NCBI GenBank assembly: GCA_951406725.2
Contig: OX597823.1
Location: forward strand, 76,074,001 to 76,138,000
DNA from: Octopus vulgaris
Lineage: Eukaryota
Direction: 5' to 3'
DNA: 64,000 nt
Shown here in pieces: positions 38,582-53,355 of the stretch. The position numbers and the translations under genes were made by a program. Below the pieces are notes generated by a model. It had not been told where the DNA came from. It made no database searches and saw nothing but the letters and a program-made list of their open reading frames with translations. Numbering within the stretch: position 1 is the first letter of the stretch; the number at the start of each line of letters is the position of its first letter.

Positions 38582-39672
38582 TAAATACACATGAGCTTAT
38601 ATAAATATCCCCTGGAGAATGTTACACTTTATAAAGATTTGCCAAAATTAATTATCAAATATTATATTCTTATAGCTAGTCTAGGTAGCTTTAATGTAAA
38701 AGTATAACTTGGCATAATTTCTAAGAGGTGTTTATCTCCATTTCTGGGAGACTTTTAGCTTCAAGAAATTAAACTAGCTTAACGAAATTAATGCCATATG
38801 TCTTTACCGCTTTTCCATGCCATTTCTTATGCCTGAGCGCCAGCAGGCTTCAGAGAGCAAAACTAGAGAAAGGTAATGGATATAAATTGTTGAATGTATA
38901 CCGCATAATATCAAAGAGCACCATGAAATAGCACAGGTGTAATGTTCTGTTTTCACCATGTTATTTATACATGTGAAGACTATTGTGTTTACGTCATTTA
39001 GTATCTAATTAATTGTACCGCCAGAATTTACACCTAATTGTATGTTGCTGATCATAACATAAAGCCTTTGAAATAGGAAGCGTACAGTATTAAGCCACGT
39101 AAGAAATTAAATGTTTTGATTGAGATACGATACTAATTGAATCTTTATTTATTGTCGTGAGAGCCATGAAGTATATACTCATTTTCTTTACGGCAAATTG
39201 CATGTTGATAAACACATCTCCGTCGCCTTTGACAATGAGAATTCACATGGACAACTATTGACGTGCGTACTCATTTAATGTACAAATGCCTGAATAATAC
39301 ACAGATTCTAAGTACATATAACTTAATCCTGCGATGAAAGGTGTATGTTATCCCGAGTGTTAGAACGTAGAACGTTTAAGTTACAGTGCAATTCCTCATA
39401 CAAGGTTTGGGTCAACTTAAAGTTATGGAGCTACGGTAAAAGGGACCTACAATAGATCGAAACCGGGAACATGTGATTGAAAAATGATCGTCTTAGCGTT
39501 TCAATCATACAGTGTTCATCCATACACGCAGGTGCGCGCACGAACACATGTATATATATATACACATACACATACACACACATATATATGTAGAGAGAGA
39601 GAGAGGGGGACAGACAGACAGACTGATAGAGATAAAGGTATAGATTGACATAGATACATATATATATATATA

Positions 39673-39985
39673 TCACCGTGATCACCGTGACCGACCAGGC
39701 TATCAGCTGTTGTTACACATCGCTGGTCACAATGCGCTTCGCATTGTTTTAGCCTTGAAATGACGCCACCCCGCTGGCTAAGCGAGCAGGCCAACAGAAG
39801 AAAGAGTGAGAGAAAGTTGTGGCGAAAGAATACAGCAGGGATCGCCACCACCCCCTGCCGGAGCATCGTGGAGCATTAGGTGTTTTTGCTCAATAAACAC
39901 TCACAACGCCCGGTCTGGGAATCGAAACCGAGATCCTACGACCGCGAGTCCGCTGCCCTAACCACTAGGCCATTGCGCCTCCACA
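39673..39985 (-). mobile_element. tRNA-derived SINE, family 4
   Basis: Minus head GGCGCAATGGCCTAGTGGTTAGGGCAGCGGACTCGCGGTCG...GGTTTCGATTCCC; tail (CACGGTGAT) into (TA)n. Confidence 0.85.
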
Positions 39986-40000
39986 CACACACACATATAT

Positions 40001-40180
40001 ATGATGGCGGCGTTATTCCTCCATTCATCTTCCAACACGCCCTCAGACATGGTTCCTACATCAAGTGCCTGGAGAAGGTAGTGCTGCTCTAGGTCAAGAG
40101 GGTGGCTGCTGGAAGATCCTATGTCTGGCAACAGGACTCTGCACCATACCACATAAGCAGCAGAGTCCAGTCATGGCTGT
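40001..40180 (+). mobile_element. Tc1/mariner transposase fragment
   Basis: DGGVIPPFIF..YIKCLEKVVL*VKRVAAGRSYVWQQDSAPYH. Confidence 0.75.
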
Positions 40181-40463
40181 CAGACAAATTCTCTTGTTTC
40201 CAGATTCGTCACTATTGCATATGGCGTTATTCGAGAACAGTCGTGGAGCTGCGTTTGGGAATTTGCATTTCCTTTTAGTCTTAATTTCTTCTACTGCTGC
40301 CACTCGTTTCCTAATTATTAATTTTCTCTTCTTTGAATTTTGTCAATATTATTTCTTTGTTTAGTAGACAATCGGGACCATAATTTCGACTTCTGGTTTG
40401 TTGAAAACTGAGACGAATGAACTTCAACGTGATCGTTCAGTATGTCTGGTACGATAGCCAAAT

Positions 40464-41712
40464 ATTGGGTTGGCTAAAAAGTTCGGTCGGCTTTTGCGGA
40501 CACTAAACTTCAAGCACCCCATTAAGTAAGTAACTTCGGTATGTCCCGTGTGCATACCCACTAGGTAGATACTTGACACTTCAAGCGTGCGACGAGACAG
40601 GCTGTATTTTGTGTCCTTATCGACACCACGTGCTTTTTAGTATTTTAAGATAGCGAGGAAAGCGGCGGAAACTTGCAGTAAGATATGCAGTAAGTACGTA
40701 GAAGATACTGTCCCGAAACGTGTGTGCCAGAAGTGGTTTTCAAGATTTCGATCGGGAGAGTTCTCGGTTCAAGTTGCACATTGCTCTGGCCAACCAAATG
40801 GCCAGCGGCATCAAATCTGTTATACGACCATGATGATCGCTGATATTTCCGAAGTATCTAAATTGTCTGTATCAACTTGGTTACGCCAGAAGATTAAATA
40901 TTCAGAACCCATATCAATTGAATGAGACTAATCTTTATTGCCCACAAGAGGCTAAACACAGAGACAGACAAGGACAGACAAACGGATTAGGTCAATTACA
41001 TCGACCCCAGTGCGTAACTGGAACTTAATGAGACTAATCTTGCCCTATGGATTTCCATCTGCGATTCGTTGCAGAAAAATGAAAAAAAAAACGATCTCTT
41101 TTGAAGACAATTATGACTGAGATCGAAACATGGATCGTTTATAATAAGCAAAGCATAACTGATGGTGGGGGAAACGCAGTAAAATTACAAACAACCTCTA
41201 AAGCAGGACTTCCCCTAAAGTAAGTTATGCTTTCAATTTAAAGGGATGGGAAGGATACTGTTTCACGCATTTCTTCCCACCGACAGAACCGTCTGTTTGG
41301 ATGTGTTCTGTTACTAGCTTGATGGATTAAACGCAGCGATCTACCAGAAGCGTTTGGGATTTGCTAATTGTAAGGGTATGTTCTTTCATCATGACAATGC
41401 CAGACCGCACACGATGCCGACGCGGTAGAAGTTACTATGTACTGACTTGGGGGTTTTGACGCACCTTTCATATTTGCCCGACCTTGCGCCTTCAGATTCG
41501 AATGAAACGGATGTAAAAACGCATCTGGAAGAGTTTTTCGCGAGTAAAGCCAGGAAATATTTTGAAAAGGAAAAAATGAAGCTGCACTCAAGATGGCAAA
41601 AGATACGGGAATGAAATGGTTATTGGAGCAATGATTAAATAAATCGCTTTGTGTTCAAAACTTGTATCTTACTTTTGCTTAAGGAAACAGAACGGACATT
41701 TTGATCAATATT
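40464..41712 (+). mobile_element. Degenerate mariner element with a SINE family 2 tail inserted (40936-41026)
   Basis: CQKWFSRFRSG, FHHDNARPH and YLPDLAPSD relics; left TIR-like TATTGGGTTGGCTAAAAAGTTCG. The SINE fragment is flanked by duplicated AATGAGACTAATCTT. Confidence 0.85.
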
Positions 41713-42882
41713 TCTCAAATTACATCATACTTCCTGAAGTGGACAAGAGGTTGCCTAATATTGTTGTACGCACAATATGTTTGAAAAATGTCAGGACGAA
41801 CATCACTAAAATGCATTTGATCAAAGGTTTACTCAATCAGGTCTAACTTGAGGCTAAAAAACAGCAACCTAGAACTAAATAGTCCAATTACATACAAGAA
41901 ATCATAATCGAAGCAAAATATTTGAGTTATAAGTTTCTAGTTACTATGTAGAAAGAAATGCTGCCAGCCATTTCTTTTAGATCTTCATACGATTAAATAT
42001 ATTTGCTTACATATCGACAAATACATATAATCTTATTCTATTTATCAAATACGAGAAGTATAGTTTATAAAGTCCCTCTGCTAAATAAGATTTGAGTTTA
42101 TAATAATATTATGAATCACTTCTTCGTCAACCAAATTATTTTTATACCTAATACTTAATGTTTACTTTACATAATAATTCTAAACCTATGTTTCAAATGT
42201 GTGTGTGTGTATGCGTTCGTGTGTGAATTGTCTGCATAGATAGTCAGCTTGAAATGATATATTACATAATGAACTCTTTCAATGCAGTACATTTTCGCAC
42301 TCTCAGCAACAAATTATTAATAAGATTTAGTTTGAAATCGAAAAAAAAATCGAGGGTTTTAAATTCCGATTTTCTTAAATCATAAAAAAGTGGCGGCCAT
42401 TTTGTATTTAAGTAAAAAAGAAATAATGTTTTAAATTCCAGTTTTCGTATGTTATGAAAAAAAGGTGATCGTTTTTTTTTTCTTTTACAGCTATTGCATA
42501 TTTCCCAGCATGTAGGAAGAAAGAAAACTCGATGAAAGGAACATGAAAGTGAATGAATACAAAAGTGGTAGTGGAATAGACAGGAAAAGAGATTAGATAA
42601 AGAGAAAAACATTAATTAGGAGAGAGGGAAGGCAACAGGGTGTAAAAAACGAAATGTAGTTCTGTGCATGCAGAGGGAGAGCAGAATATTGATGGCATCT
42701 GAATATTCACACTTCTGTTGCTATCTCTAATGTCAGCACATCTTAACAGTTATTAGATGTTTAAAACTCGTAGATTCAAAATGTGCAAGAATTTCTTCTT
42801 TCATTTATCGGGCTTTACCTTTCGCTCTCACCATATACATAGTGCTCCAACGTATCATCTATTGAACAATAGCTATATACAT

Positions 42883-42927
<45 letters not shown>

Positions 42928-42973
42928 TGACTGGACAGGAATAAAGACATATATAAATGTATAGGTATATATA

Positions 42974-43132
42974 GGCGCAGAAGTGGCTGTAAGGTACTAA
43001 CCGCATGGTTCCGGGTTCATTCCCACTGCGTGGCACCTTGGGTAAGTATTTCCTACTATAGCCTCGGGCCGACCAAAACTTTGTGAGTGGAATTATCAGA
43101 CAGAAACTTAAAGAAGCCTGTAGTATACATAT

Positions 43133-43216
<84 letters not shown>

Positions 43217-43360
43217 ATGTGTATGTGTGTTCGCGCGTGTGTGTGTGCATGTGTGCATGTTTGTGTGTCTGTTTGTCCTAGGGCCGATTTGCTCGACTAA
43301 AGGCGGTGCACCAGTATGGCCGCAGTAAAATGACTGAAAGAAGTAAAATAGAGTAAAAGA
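42974..43360 (+). mobile_element. SINE family 1 copy (internally deleted)
   Basis: Homologous to 2981-3385. Confidence 0.85.
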
Positions 43361-43807
43361 CAGAAAGAGAATATGTATGGGTGTTTGGACATGAATAAAG
43401 ACATATATGTATATAAGTATATATGTGTGTTTGTACATATATGTATATAGCATTCAATATACACTATTAATTAGTTGGTCTTCAAACCCCTGATAATTCT
43501 TAATAGTGTAATCCCCATAGTATAAATCCATAACATTACGTTGATCTTACTTTAACGGAACTGTAAATTATATATCTCCAGCACGTGGTTTTCGACTGCA
43601 AATTCATAAACTACAAATGTTTAGCGTGACAACTACATTAAGATGTGTATCTATAAGGATGTACACGTTATTATGGATCTATACCACATGGCTTGCTCCA
43701 TTAAAATTCTTCAGGGATTTGAAGATCAAGTGAATTATACGGTGTACATTAATTGATATATCTCTCTGGTTGTAGTACTTTTTGTTGACCTTACCTTAAC
43801 AGAAATG

Positions 43808-43859
<52 letters not shown>

Positions 43860-45279
43860 AGCATACATACAGTCAAACATATTTATCTATCAATTAGAAG
43901 TAAAACTGAAAGACCACTAAAACAATAGACATCCCAACATGTGGTACTCATCTATACCTTCTGATTCAGTATCATATCACTCAGTACTTTCTTATATATG
44001 TGTATGTGTATGTGTGTGTCCGTGTGTTTGCTTGTTTGTACGTATGATTCAACATGGAAAACATCTACACGGTAGCTAAGGTATACACAAATAACATCCA
44101 AATCTCCGGCACACATTACAAGCTAATTTATTAATAAAATAACATCGCGGTATGAGTTCCTTAAAGTCGGAATTGCTGCAATTTTTCCTCAGTTACTTGT
44201 TCAACCAAATTTAAGGATAAACAATATTTTTGATTTTGTTTCGTGAGATATGTTCAACTCATTCATTATCAGGACTACTTACAGATGAGGTACTCGTACC
44301 AAGATGAAACTGAGCATGTGATAAATAAGGATTCTCAGATGATCCTCATGTTTCAGTGAATAAAATGTAACGTATAATATGGCAAGTGTGCTAAAACCTG
44401 ACTATTTTATAGTGTTACTTTGACACCGTAGCCGTGCATCATGTGCACTTTTGCTAGCATTGTATACCATAGTTTATTTCTTTTAACAGTTCTAGTCATT
44501 AGAAAGAAGTTAAGCTGAAACACAGCACTCAAACTGAAAAGTCGATCATAAGAGTATTATTACGTATTTTGGTCTAGTATACATCAATATTCGTTTCTCG
44601 AGCAACTAGTTTACCGAACATAAGGGTTCACCACATAAAAAGTAACTGAGCATTGACTTTGGAATAGATAGATTTAAGATTCCTCAGAATGTTAATATAT
44701 ATTAGTTTCCATGCACTCTTTTCAAATATACTACTCCAGGTTGTCCTTTCTAATTACATCTCCATGAAACACTGAGCATGGACCATTAAGATATAAAATT
44801 TTAGTGTATTTCATATTGATAAGATATCACATTTCATTCTTAGAGCAACTTCTTCAATACCGAGTTATCGTACATTTAAGATCTTCAATCACACAGAGAT
44901 AAAATAACTCGATACGATATAGATTTAAATAATTTTCTACAAAGCAGGAGCATTGTAAATTGTATGAATAGTGATGTTTTGCTTTTTAAAAACAATAAGA
45001 GAATGAAAAGAATATTTAATTTCTTACAAAATGAAATAAATATATGATAAATATATTTTTTACTGATACCAAACCACGTTTCACTATTATATGACCCTAT
45101 TCGAAGTAGTCACACTAGGAATTTTTGAATAGTTAAAGGAAAATTTTGATTTATAATATTAAGATATTGAATGTGATATACAGCTTTAAAAATGATTTTG
45201 ACGTAAGTGAATGTAAATTATTCTTTTTCGGGGTAGACTGATGTTTAGCTGTTAATCATTTCAAAATATTTCTGTAAAT

Positions 45280-47550
45280 GTATAGTAGTTTTGGTAGTAG
45301 ATTATTAGTTGTGACCAAGTGTTTAAAATAGAATTCATATTAATCAAAATATTCATTTCTTCTGTAAGACAAAGATCACAGCAATAAAATCTATATTTAT
45401 AAGTTATGATCAACGTTATTTTCCGAATGATATACTTCTGATTTCTTAAAAATAAAACATTTCTTAGAAATCAAATGTACATTTACAGACTTGCGTCTAA
45501 TGACATTTTAGGCTATTTGAAAGAATTTTGATGTTGATTAATCTTAACTTAAAAGCATTATCACCTGTAAAACTTTTTCGAAAAAAATCCTTTAATGGGC
45601 ATTTGATGGGCAATTTAGGTAGTTAAGAGTATTGTACATACGGGAGGTTCTGTATATAGATACCTTTGTAAGATATTTATTATAAATATTTGGTATTTAT
45701 ATCAAAAAGTTATGTGTACACTTTAAATTTAATTTAACTTATTTTATATTAAAATTCACATAATATTTATAATTGCTCATAAAATATTTATCTAATATGT
45801 TAAGGAAATGTTTAATGATACTTTTAGTCACATTAAGATTGAGTGGAGCATTACAACAAATAATTACACGTTTTCTAGTTTTCTGTGTCTGAGAAATAAT
45901 AGTGTTATTTATGTAATTAATGTTATCATTAAAAGCACTAAGTTCCAACGCATCTCTGTAACACGAGAGTATTTTGTTGAAGGAAGATATACCAAATGAT
46001 ATACTACATAACCTTATACAGATATCGTTCAGAAAATTCTTAATGGCAGCAAGCAGGTGATTTAAAGATATTCTTCTGATCTCAAACTTTTCTTTTCGCT
46101 TCATAAATAGCATTCAGGATTTTGCGTTGCAATCTGAGGAGATATTTCAGCATTTAATGATAGGTTATTGTGTATCAATTATTGTTTTTACGGCTAAATA
46201 TTTAGATAAGCAAAACGGACTTTTAGGGATTCATTGAACTCTTTGGCATTCATTTCCGTATGATAGTCCAAACCTAGTCACAGTACTAAACCACCTCAAA
46301 TGAAACTTCGTAAAGTATGCAAATACATGAATTTCCAATTTCCATAGCGTTTCGACAACCTATAGCTGAATAAAAAAATTATCATTCTCCACGTAAAGCA
46401 ATTGTTAGTGAGCATGGCTATTCTTACACCAAAACAATTCAAATATAATTGCTGACGAAATATAATGATTTTTGTAACAGTTTCACTTACCGAGGGATCA
46501 CGCCGGCAAAATTTATATAGGGGGAGAGTTCACGAAAAAAACAAAAGACGAAGACAGGTGGTGTACAAAACAAACGGATGTATTAGTTTAACGCTCAGGA
46601 ATTGAAAAAGTCTTTTACGTTTTGGGCATATGCTCTTCTACAAAAAGGGATACAGAAAAAAACAAGGAGAGAAACAAGGAGAGAGAAAAAGGAGAGAAAA
46701 AAGGAGAGAAAAAAGGAGAGAAGAAAAAGATAGAAACAAGGAGAGAAAAGATGTGTGTAGTGGCTACCTATCTACATACATGTTATATCAATACATATTA
46801 TATAGATACATATATTAAACAAAATAGCTATGGTGCTATTTCTATAATTAAATTAGTTGCTTTTTAGTCTAAAGAATAGTAGTTTATAAAAACTTTTGCT
46901 TGCTATACCCAATTTGGTTTTGACAAAATTTATTAACCCATAATTTAGGTTAATAGCAAAGATGTTTCTGATCCTTAAATGTTGTGTAAAGTTCAAGACA
47001 TCCAACTTTATCATCCCTTTCGAAATTATCTGCCCCTTTCTTTGCTTCTGAATTAGTGGAATTGTGTCACATTTAAAATAAATTATATTTATAGATAGAT
47101 AAGAAAGTCTATTTCAAATGCTGTTAATTTTCCTTAACTTTTTTTTCTTGCTTCTTTAGAGTGAACAAAGCTGTTGTGAACTTTGAATTATTTTCAACTA
47201 TTTCTTCAATATCTGCTGAAATTCGTTTGTTGTTCTTTAAACATTTAATCTGCGAATTAAATCAAAAGCGTATATGTTGAATAGAGCCTAACATATTATA
47301 AAATAACATTTCTGAATCTTAAAAAAAAGTTGTCTTAGATTACAATTATATTTATAGAAGAAGTGTATTTCCAGTACATTCTCGTTATAAATTGGCAGCG
47401 TCTTTTGTGCAACGGTTTCTAACCGATTCTTTAAATAGATATCGATAGTAATTGTCTAGAAATCCAGCGGATGTTTTATCATTATTCAACTGTTCATTAC
47501 GTGTACCAAAGTGATTTTACATATGAGATATATACTATCAACGAAATCAT
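45280..47550 (-). mobile_element. Ancient near-full-length Penelope-like element (RT and GIY-YIG relics)
   Basis: Motifs occur in order on the minus strand: TTFKDQK (~ITLKDHK), AIGC..MEI (~MGxxDGAE), ORF 45739-46113 RKRVIICCNAPLNLNV..FLNILDKYF (~KRNIIWFNPPYS), CPL, FKLR and CDLCLTEE. Confidence 0.75.
46519..46800 (-). mobile_element. Younger PLE 3'-end fragment inserted in the old PLE, with a decayed hammerhead-like core
   Basis: Minus 46610-46645 TAGAAGA-GCATATGCCC-AAAA-CG-TA-AAAGAC; layout resembles 3390-3500. Confidence 0.5.
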
Positions 47551-47559
47551 AAATATTAT

Positions 47560-48100
47560 AATAATTTTTTGCATGAATAATGTTAATAAAATTTTCAATT
47601 GTAAAAGTAATATTATTAACGAAATATAATAAAAATATCAATAGAAAACAATTTAAAAATGTACCCTGTAGCCGTTTTTCTGGTATGTGTGATTGTCCTT
47701 AGCAACGAAATATGTCAATTAACTGTGCATCATATAATTTGCTTTGCAAAATCGATGTTTATTGCCAAAATGTATTTACAGATGATTATCTTGTTCCTAA
47801 GAAATATATCGTTTTTGATTGCGATACCTTTGAAGTTGTTATTTAATCAATATCTAATAAACAAGCTACATCAGGCAATTAAAAAAAAATGGTACTGATT
47901 CCTATACTGGTTGGAAGCTTATCGAAAACACCTGGCCGTATATGGATACTATCAGAGATGCAAGCTCTGCATTTCAAAACAGAAGATAATCTCGCAGAAT
48001 TTGCGGAAACAAATGCGGAGATTCAAGATGGATATATTCACCGTTAGCGTACACCAGTTTACATTCATTGTTCCACACTAGGTCTGACCTTCAGAGTTCG
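47560..48100 (+). mobile_element. Degenerate PLE GIY-YIG C-terminal relic, divergent from the 45.3-47.5 kb element
   Basis: KKNGTDSYTGWKLIENTWPY / RCKLCISKQKII ~ LKxxxxxxxIxWxIxxxAxPY..RCxLCxxEKxxI. Confidence 0.55.
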
Positions 48101-48395
48101 ATTCTTCCCAAGTATGTCCATTGCCATTTGAATATCTTTACATTTCTTTTTATCAATAATCTATCACTTAATGAGTTCCTACAAGTCTCTAAAAGAAGGA
48201 AAACTATGAATACGCACTTTTGAACGAAGCGACTTTTGGTATATTGATAAGAAGGAAACGACTCAAATAGCTTCGTATTATACATATTTAATGATTATCA
48301 ATACAAAAAGATACTCCAGAGGAATTTACAGGAAATTTAATCAGCATGACTTTCATTAATTGCATAATGTAAACATTGGGAGATACGATAACAAG

Positions 48396-48910
<515 letters not shown>

Positions 48911-48978
48911 AGATATATGATAAAGTTAATAATTAAACAAAAAGACAATGTATTAGATTGGAATACAAGTTACGTCAA

Positions 48979-49096
48979 TATATACAACATATGAGAGAAA
49001 GAGAAAGAAAATGGAAGAAACGGGTTGAAACGACCGTTGTGTTCTATAAAGAATCTCGCGAAGTCCATTTTCTTTCTCTTTCATATGCTATATATG
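48979..49096. repeat. Small fold-back element (~35-bp arms)
   Basis: CATATGAGAGAAAGAGAAAGAAAATGGA / TCCATTTTCTTTCTCTTTCATATG. Confidence 0.75.
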
Positions 49097-49204
49097 CATC
49101 ATGTAATGAATGACAATAGAACGAAGCTACGTTATCACTTCAATTAGCTTACAGCTGTTTCAACTATAAGAAGAATTGTAGTCAGAACTGAGAATACATA
49201 CATG

Positions 49205-49368
49205 CATATATATACACACATACATACATACATACATACATACATACATACATACATACATACATACATACATACATACATACATACATACATACATACA
49301 TACATACATACATACATACATACATACATACATACATACATACATACATACATACATACATACATACA
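49205..49368. repeat. (TACA)n microsatellite
   Basis: Seen directly. Confidence 0.98.
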
Positions 49369-49519
49369 CGTATATTGGATCTAAATATAGAGCAGTGCTT
49401 ATTATTCGGTGTATTCTTTATTTCATCATCGTTTTATGGAACCGCTAAGTTACGAGACCCCAAACAAGTTACAAACTTGAACTAGGTCTTCAGCTAACTT
49501 GTTAGAGATAAACATTGAA

Positions 49520-49835
49520 CGCTCATGACTTAACGGTTTGGGTATTCGGCTGGCGATCGTAAGGTCATAAGTTCAATTCATGGCTGCAGGTTGTTTCCTT
49601 GCACACGATACTTTATTTCATGGTACTCAAATACCCGCAGCTAAAGATCGGTAGTACTTGTATTTTAAGTGACCTGCCTTGTCACGTTCTACATTACGCT
49701 GAATCACCCTTTAGAATTGCTGTAAGGTTACACGTGTTTATGATATGCTAAGTCACTTGCACGTTAATTTCACGATCAGGCTGTTCCGTTGATCGTATCA
49801 ACTGGAACAGTCGTCTTTGTAACTGTCAGAGTGTC
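49520..49835 (+). mobile_element. Diverged SINE, family 3-like
   Basis: B-box AGTTCAATTC and ACTTTATTTCA motif shared with 28011-28348. Confidence 0.6.
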
Positions 49836-49890
49836 AGAGTAGATAAACCGAACACAAAGAAGCAAATACGCACACAAACACGCACATATA

Positions 49891-50290
49891 CTCCCTTTTT
49901 ACTCTTTTACTCGTTTCAGTCTTTTGCCTGTGGCCATGCTGGAGCACCGCTTTTAGTCGAGCAAATCGACCCCAGGACTTATTCTTTGTAGGCCTAGTAC
50001 TTATTCTATCGGTCTCATTTGCCGAACCGTTAAGGTACGGGGACGTAAACACACCAGCATCGGTTGGCAAGCAATGTTGAGGGAGACAAACACAGACAAA
50101 CAAACACATAGATACATATATATACATATACATACAGGCTACTTTCAGTTTCTGTCTACCAAATCCACTCACAAGACTTTGGTCGGCCCGAGGCTATAGT
50201 AGAAGACACTTGCCCAAGGTGCGATGCAGTGGGACTGAACCCGGAACCATGTGGTTGGTAAGCAAGCTACTTAACACACAGCCACTCCTG
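49891..50290 (-). mobile_element. SINE family 1 copy
   Basis: Reverse complement of 2981-3385. Confidence 0.9.
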
Positions 50291-50779
50291 TCATATATTT
50301 ATGACAATTCTCTAAGGCATAAGCCGACTAGGAAAAAGAATATTTGCATTAGGTGCCACGCATTGAGACTGAACGCGAAGCCACATGAATGCAAAGCAAA
50401 TTTCTGAACCATATAGCAATGCCTCGTCTCTATTGATTCAACCGTATCAAGCGGATGAAAATGTAAGCAATTCTCCGATTATATCTATTCACTTTGCTGA
50501 AAAGAATATGAAATATAAAATAGTTACAATACAACATTAACACCAGAAGATCAATAGAAAAGTGTACGACCATAGAACGCTGACTATTTTCCTTTATCTC
50601 GCTATTGATCATTAACAGCAGCTACCTGATGGACTTACACATTCAAACTAATTACTAAAGACTGCAAACCACTAATCTTCCTTAATAACTGCCATTCGCT
50701 GAAAACCTATAAAAGACAAAACCATAAGACAAATATCGGAAACATTTATCTTAATGCTTTTCTTTTTTCTTTTGTTATC

Positions 50780-50862
50780 GCTTTATATATATATATGCGT
50801 GTGTGTGTGTGCATGCGTCCGTAATGTGTGTGTATGCATACATATATATACTTACGTATGCT

Positions 50863-50914
<52 letters not shown>

Positions 50915-50966
50915 ATATATACATGTATATATATATATACATACAGATATACATATATATACATAC

Positions 50967-50997
<31 letters not shown>

Positions 50998-51008
50998 TAT
51001 ACACATAC

Positions 51009-51060
<52 letters not shown>

Positions 51061-51127
51061 TTATTCATATATATATAGAGATATGCATGAGTCTATATAT
51101 ATATATATATATATATGTAAATATGTA

Positions 51128-51170
<43 letters not shown>

Positions 51171-51180
51171 ATATAAATAA
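50780..51180. repeat. (TA)/(TACA) low-complexity region
   Basis: Seen directly. Confidence 0.95.
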
Positions 51181-52358
51181 TTATAAATACATATATACAT
51201 TTCTGTGCGTCTTTCTAATGTGTATGTGTGTGTGTGTCTCTATCTGTGCGTGTTTGTGTCTGCGTGTACGCATGTATGTGTTGTGTGCGAGTATGTTTTC
51301 TTTGTTTTATTGGCTTTTTTTTTCACTTTGTTTTTCCTTCTTTTTTGTCTTGTATTCTTAATGTGCTTTTTCCTTTTCCTCTCTTCTCAAATATTTTAAA
51401 ATTTTTTACTCATTTTGTTGATGAAATTTTATTTGTATGAAATTGCAAAACTTTTATTTACAAAATTATATTATTTAAGAATTGCTCTAAAAAATAAATT
51501 TTTGCAACAGATGGTAATTCTGTTTTGAGAATATTTATAGTAGAAGGATGAGCTTGTTTTTTGTTTCTTTTTGTTTTCTACTCTACAACCATTTTCTAAA
51601 TTTTAATACTTTGAATATTTGTTTGAAATTTATAGATAAGTACCATCTAATCTATCATGTAGGAGACATGGCACCGATGTTCTTACCGAGATGCATTCTC
51701 GTAAGCAGTCACATATGCTATGCAATCAGCGAACACATCAATTAGATTACCCTGCACACATAATATTAGATTTTTGGAATCAGACGCAGTGTATGCAGAG
51801 CTGCAATAAAAAAATATCAAGTTTACTGCATTGCATCTTAAACATTAAACAATGATATCAATATAGAATTCTATACTATACATGCGGAAATTTTATTAAA
51901 GTTTTGAGTTTTATACATGATTGATATCTTTGTTGCAATTTCGGCAGCATCTGGTTTTGGAGTCTGATGCGCATGGAAAAATGTCATCAATGTGGTTTAA
52001 GAGTACTTTATTTTATTGCATCATTCTAATTCTAAACCTCACCTAAGTGAGATCGAAACTCGGAGGAACATTTGAATTCTTCCTCGTTTGGTTCACTGCT
52101 ATATGTATTCTTCTCCTCCCTCGGACACTGGTCATGCCCTAGGAACTGCATTCTAAGGTGCTGGTTGCCACAGCTACTAAATGCAAGTCGAACTGACAAT
52201 ATAAAGCAATATAACGAAATATCAGTTGATCTGTGTCCTATATTGAACTGATTCTACTATCTCCTCGCTTTATGAAATAGATCTAAACCGGTTGAGGATA
52301 TGATGTTCCCAATAATTCGGTACATAATACATTCTTGTATTTTGTACAAATGTTTACA

Positions 52359-52692
52359 AGATATTGTTATATTTCGGTATGGTCATATTGCCAGTTTAGC
52401 CAATAAAAACACACGCACTATATATTTGGTGTTATTTTGCTTCAGTGATATTTATTTTTTACATTAATCTTAATCTTATTTCGGCCAGAGTTCTTTCGTC
52501 ATACTCTGGCCGAAATAAGATTAAGATTAATGTAAAAAATAAATATCACTGAAGCAAAATAACACCAAATATATAGTGCGTGTGTTTTTTTTGGCTAAAC
52601 TGGCAATATGACCATTCCGAAATATAACAATATCTCTTTCAACACACGACTTCACATAAAAAAAATCTTGCACAACAAATATTTAAACGTTT
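52359..52692. mobile_element. Near-perfect palindrome (133-bp arms, 11-nt loop) plus a one-sided 3' tail; same family as 55261-55580
   Basis: 52359-52491 is the reverse complement of 52503-52635. The tail TTTCAACACACGA...AAACGT is shared with the minus strand of 55261-55321. Confidence 0.92.
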
Positions 52693-53130
52693 ACATGATA
52701 TTTATATACATTGAAACCAAGATAAATCTCTTAATTCTGTTAAAGCGACAAATGGTAGAATCTTCAGCGCATCTGAAAAGTTACTTAGCAACATTTCTTT
52801 TGCTTGTTGTAAGATAGCGACTAAATGTTGCTTGAATTTATATATATTACGAACAGAAGCGAGCTACTGCTATCTGTAGCAGACGACTTGTCCAGCACCG
52901 AGGAAGGGCAGAAATAGCTCGAAGCCAGTCTGGTCTGCTGGTCCTATCGCTAAAAGGGGGTAGGGGTTAGCTCTGCTACACGTAGTATATTGGTTGTAGG
53001 TTGCATAGTTAACCAGTTATAGAAAATGTTCTCTTGGAGTTAAAATATTGCTGTAACCTCCGTTCGAACAGAACAACCATGTCGAAAGAGGTGACAAACA
53101 TTACTGATAGACACACACACACACACACAC

Positions 53131-53193
<63 letters not shown>

Positions 53194-53355
53194 CAGAAGG
53201 AGTTTTCGACAGGGTAACACAAACAAATGGGTATGCGCTCAAATAGGTATGCCACTAAAATTCCGGTGTGAATGTCCGTTGAATTTGTGGGTCTGTGACT
53301 GCCTTGCCCAAAGCGGTTAGAAATATCTTCAATATATATATGTATATAGATGTAT

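Noticed and set aside
39485-39525. Minus GGATGA...GAAACGCTAAGAC hammerhead-like string
   Set aside because: The core and stems are too degenerate to distinguish from chance.
39905-39980. tRNA gene (also 2981-3050 and 28016-28090)
   Set aside because: These are tRNA-like heads continuing into SINE bodies, with no complete acceptor stem.
44282-44320. CAGATGA-GGTACTCGTACC-AAGAT-GAAAC
   Set aside because: Extra bases before GAAA, and no stem I or III.
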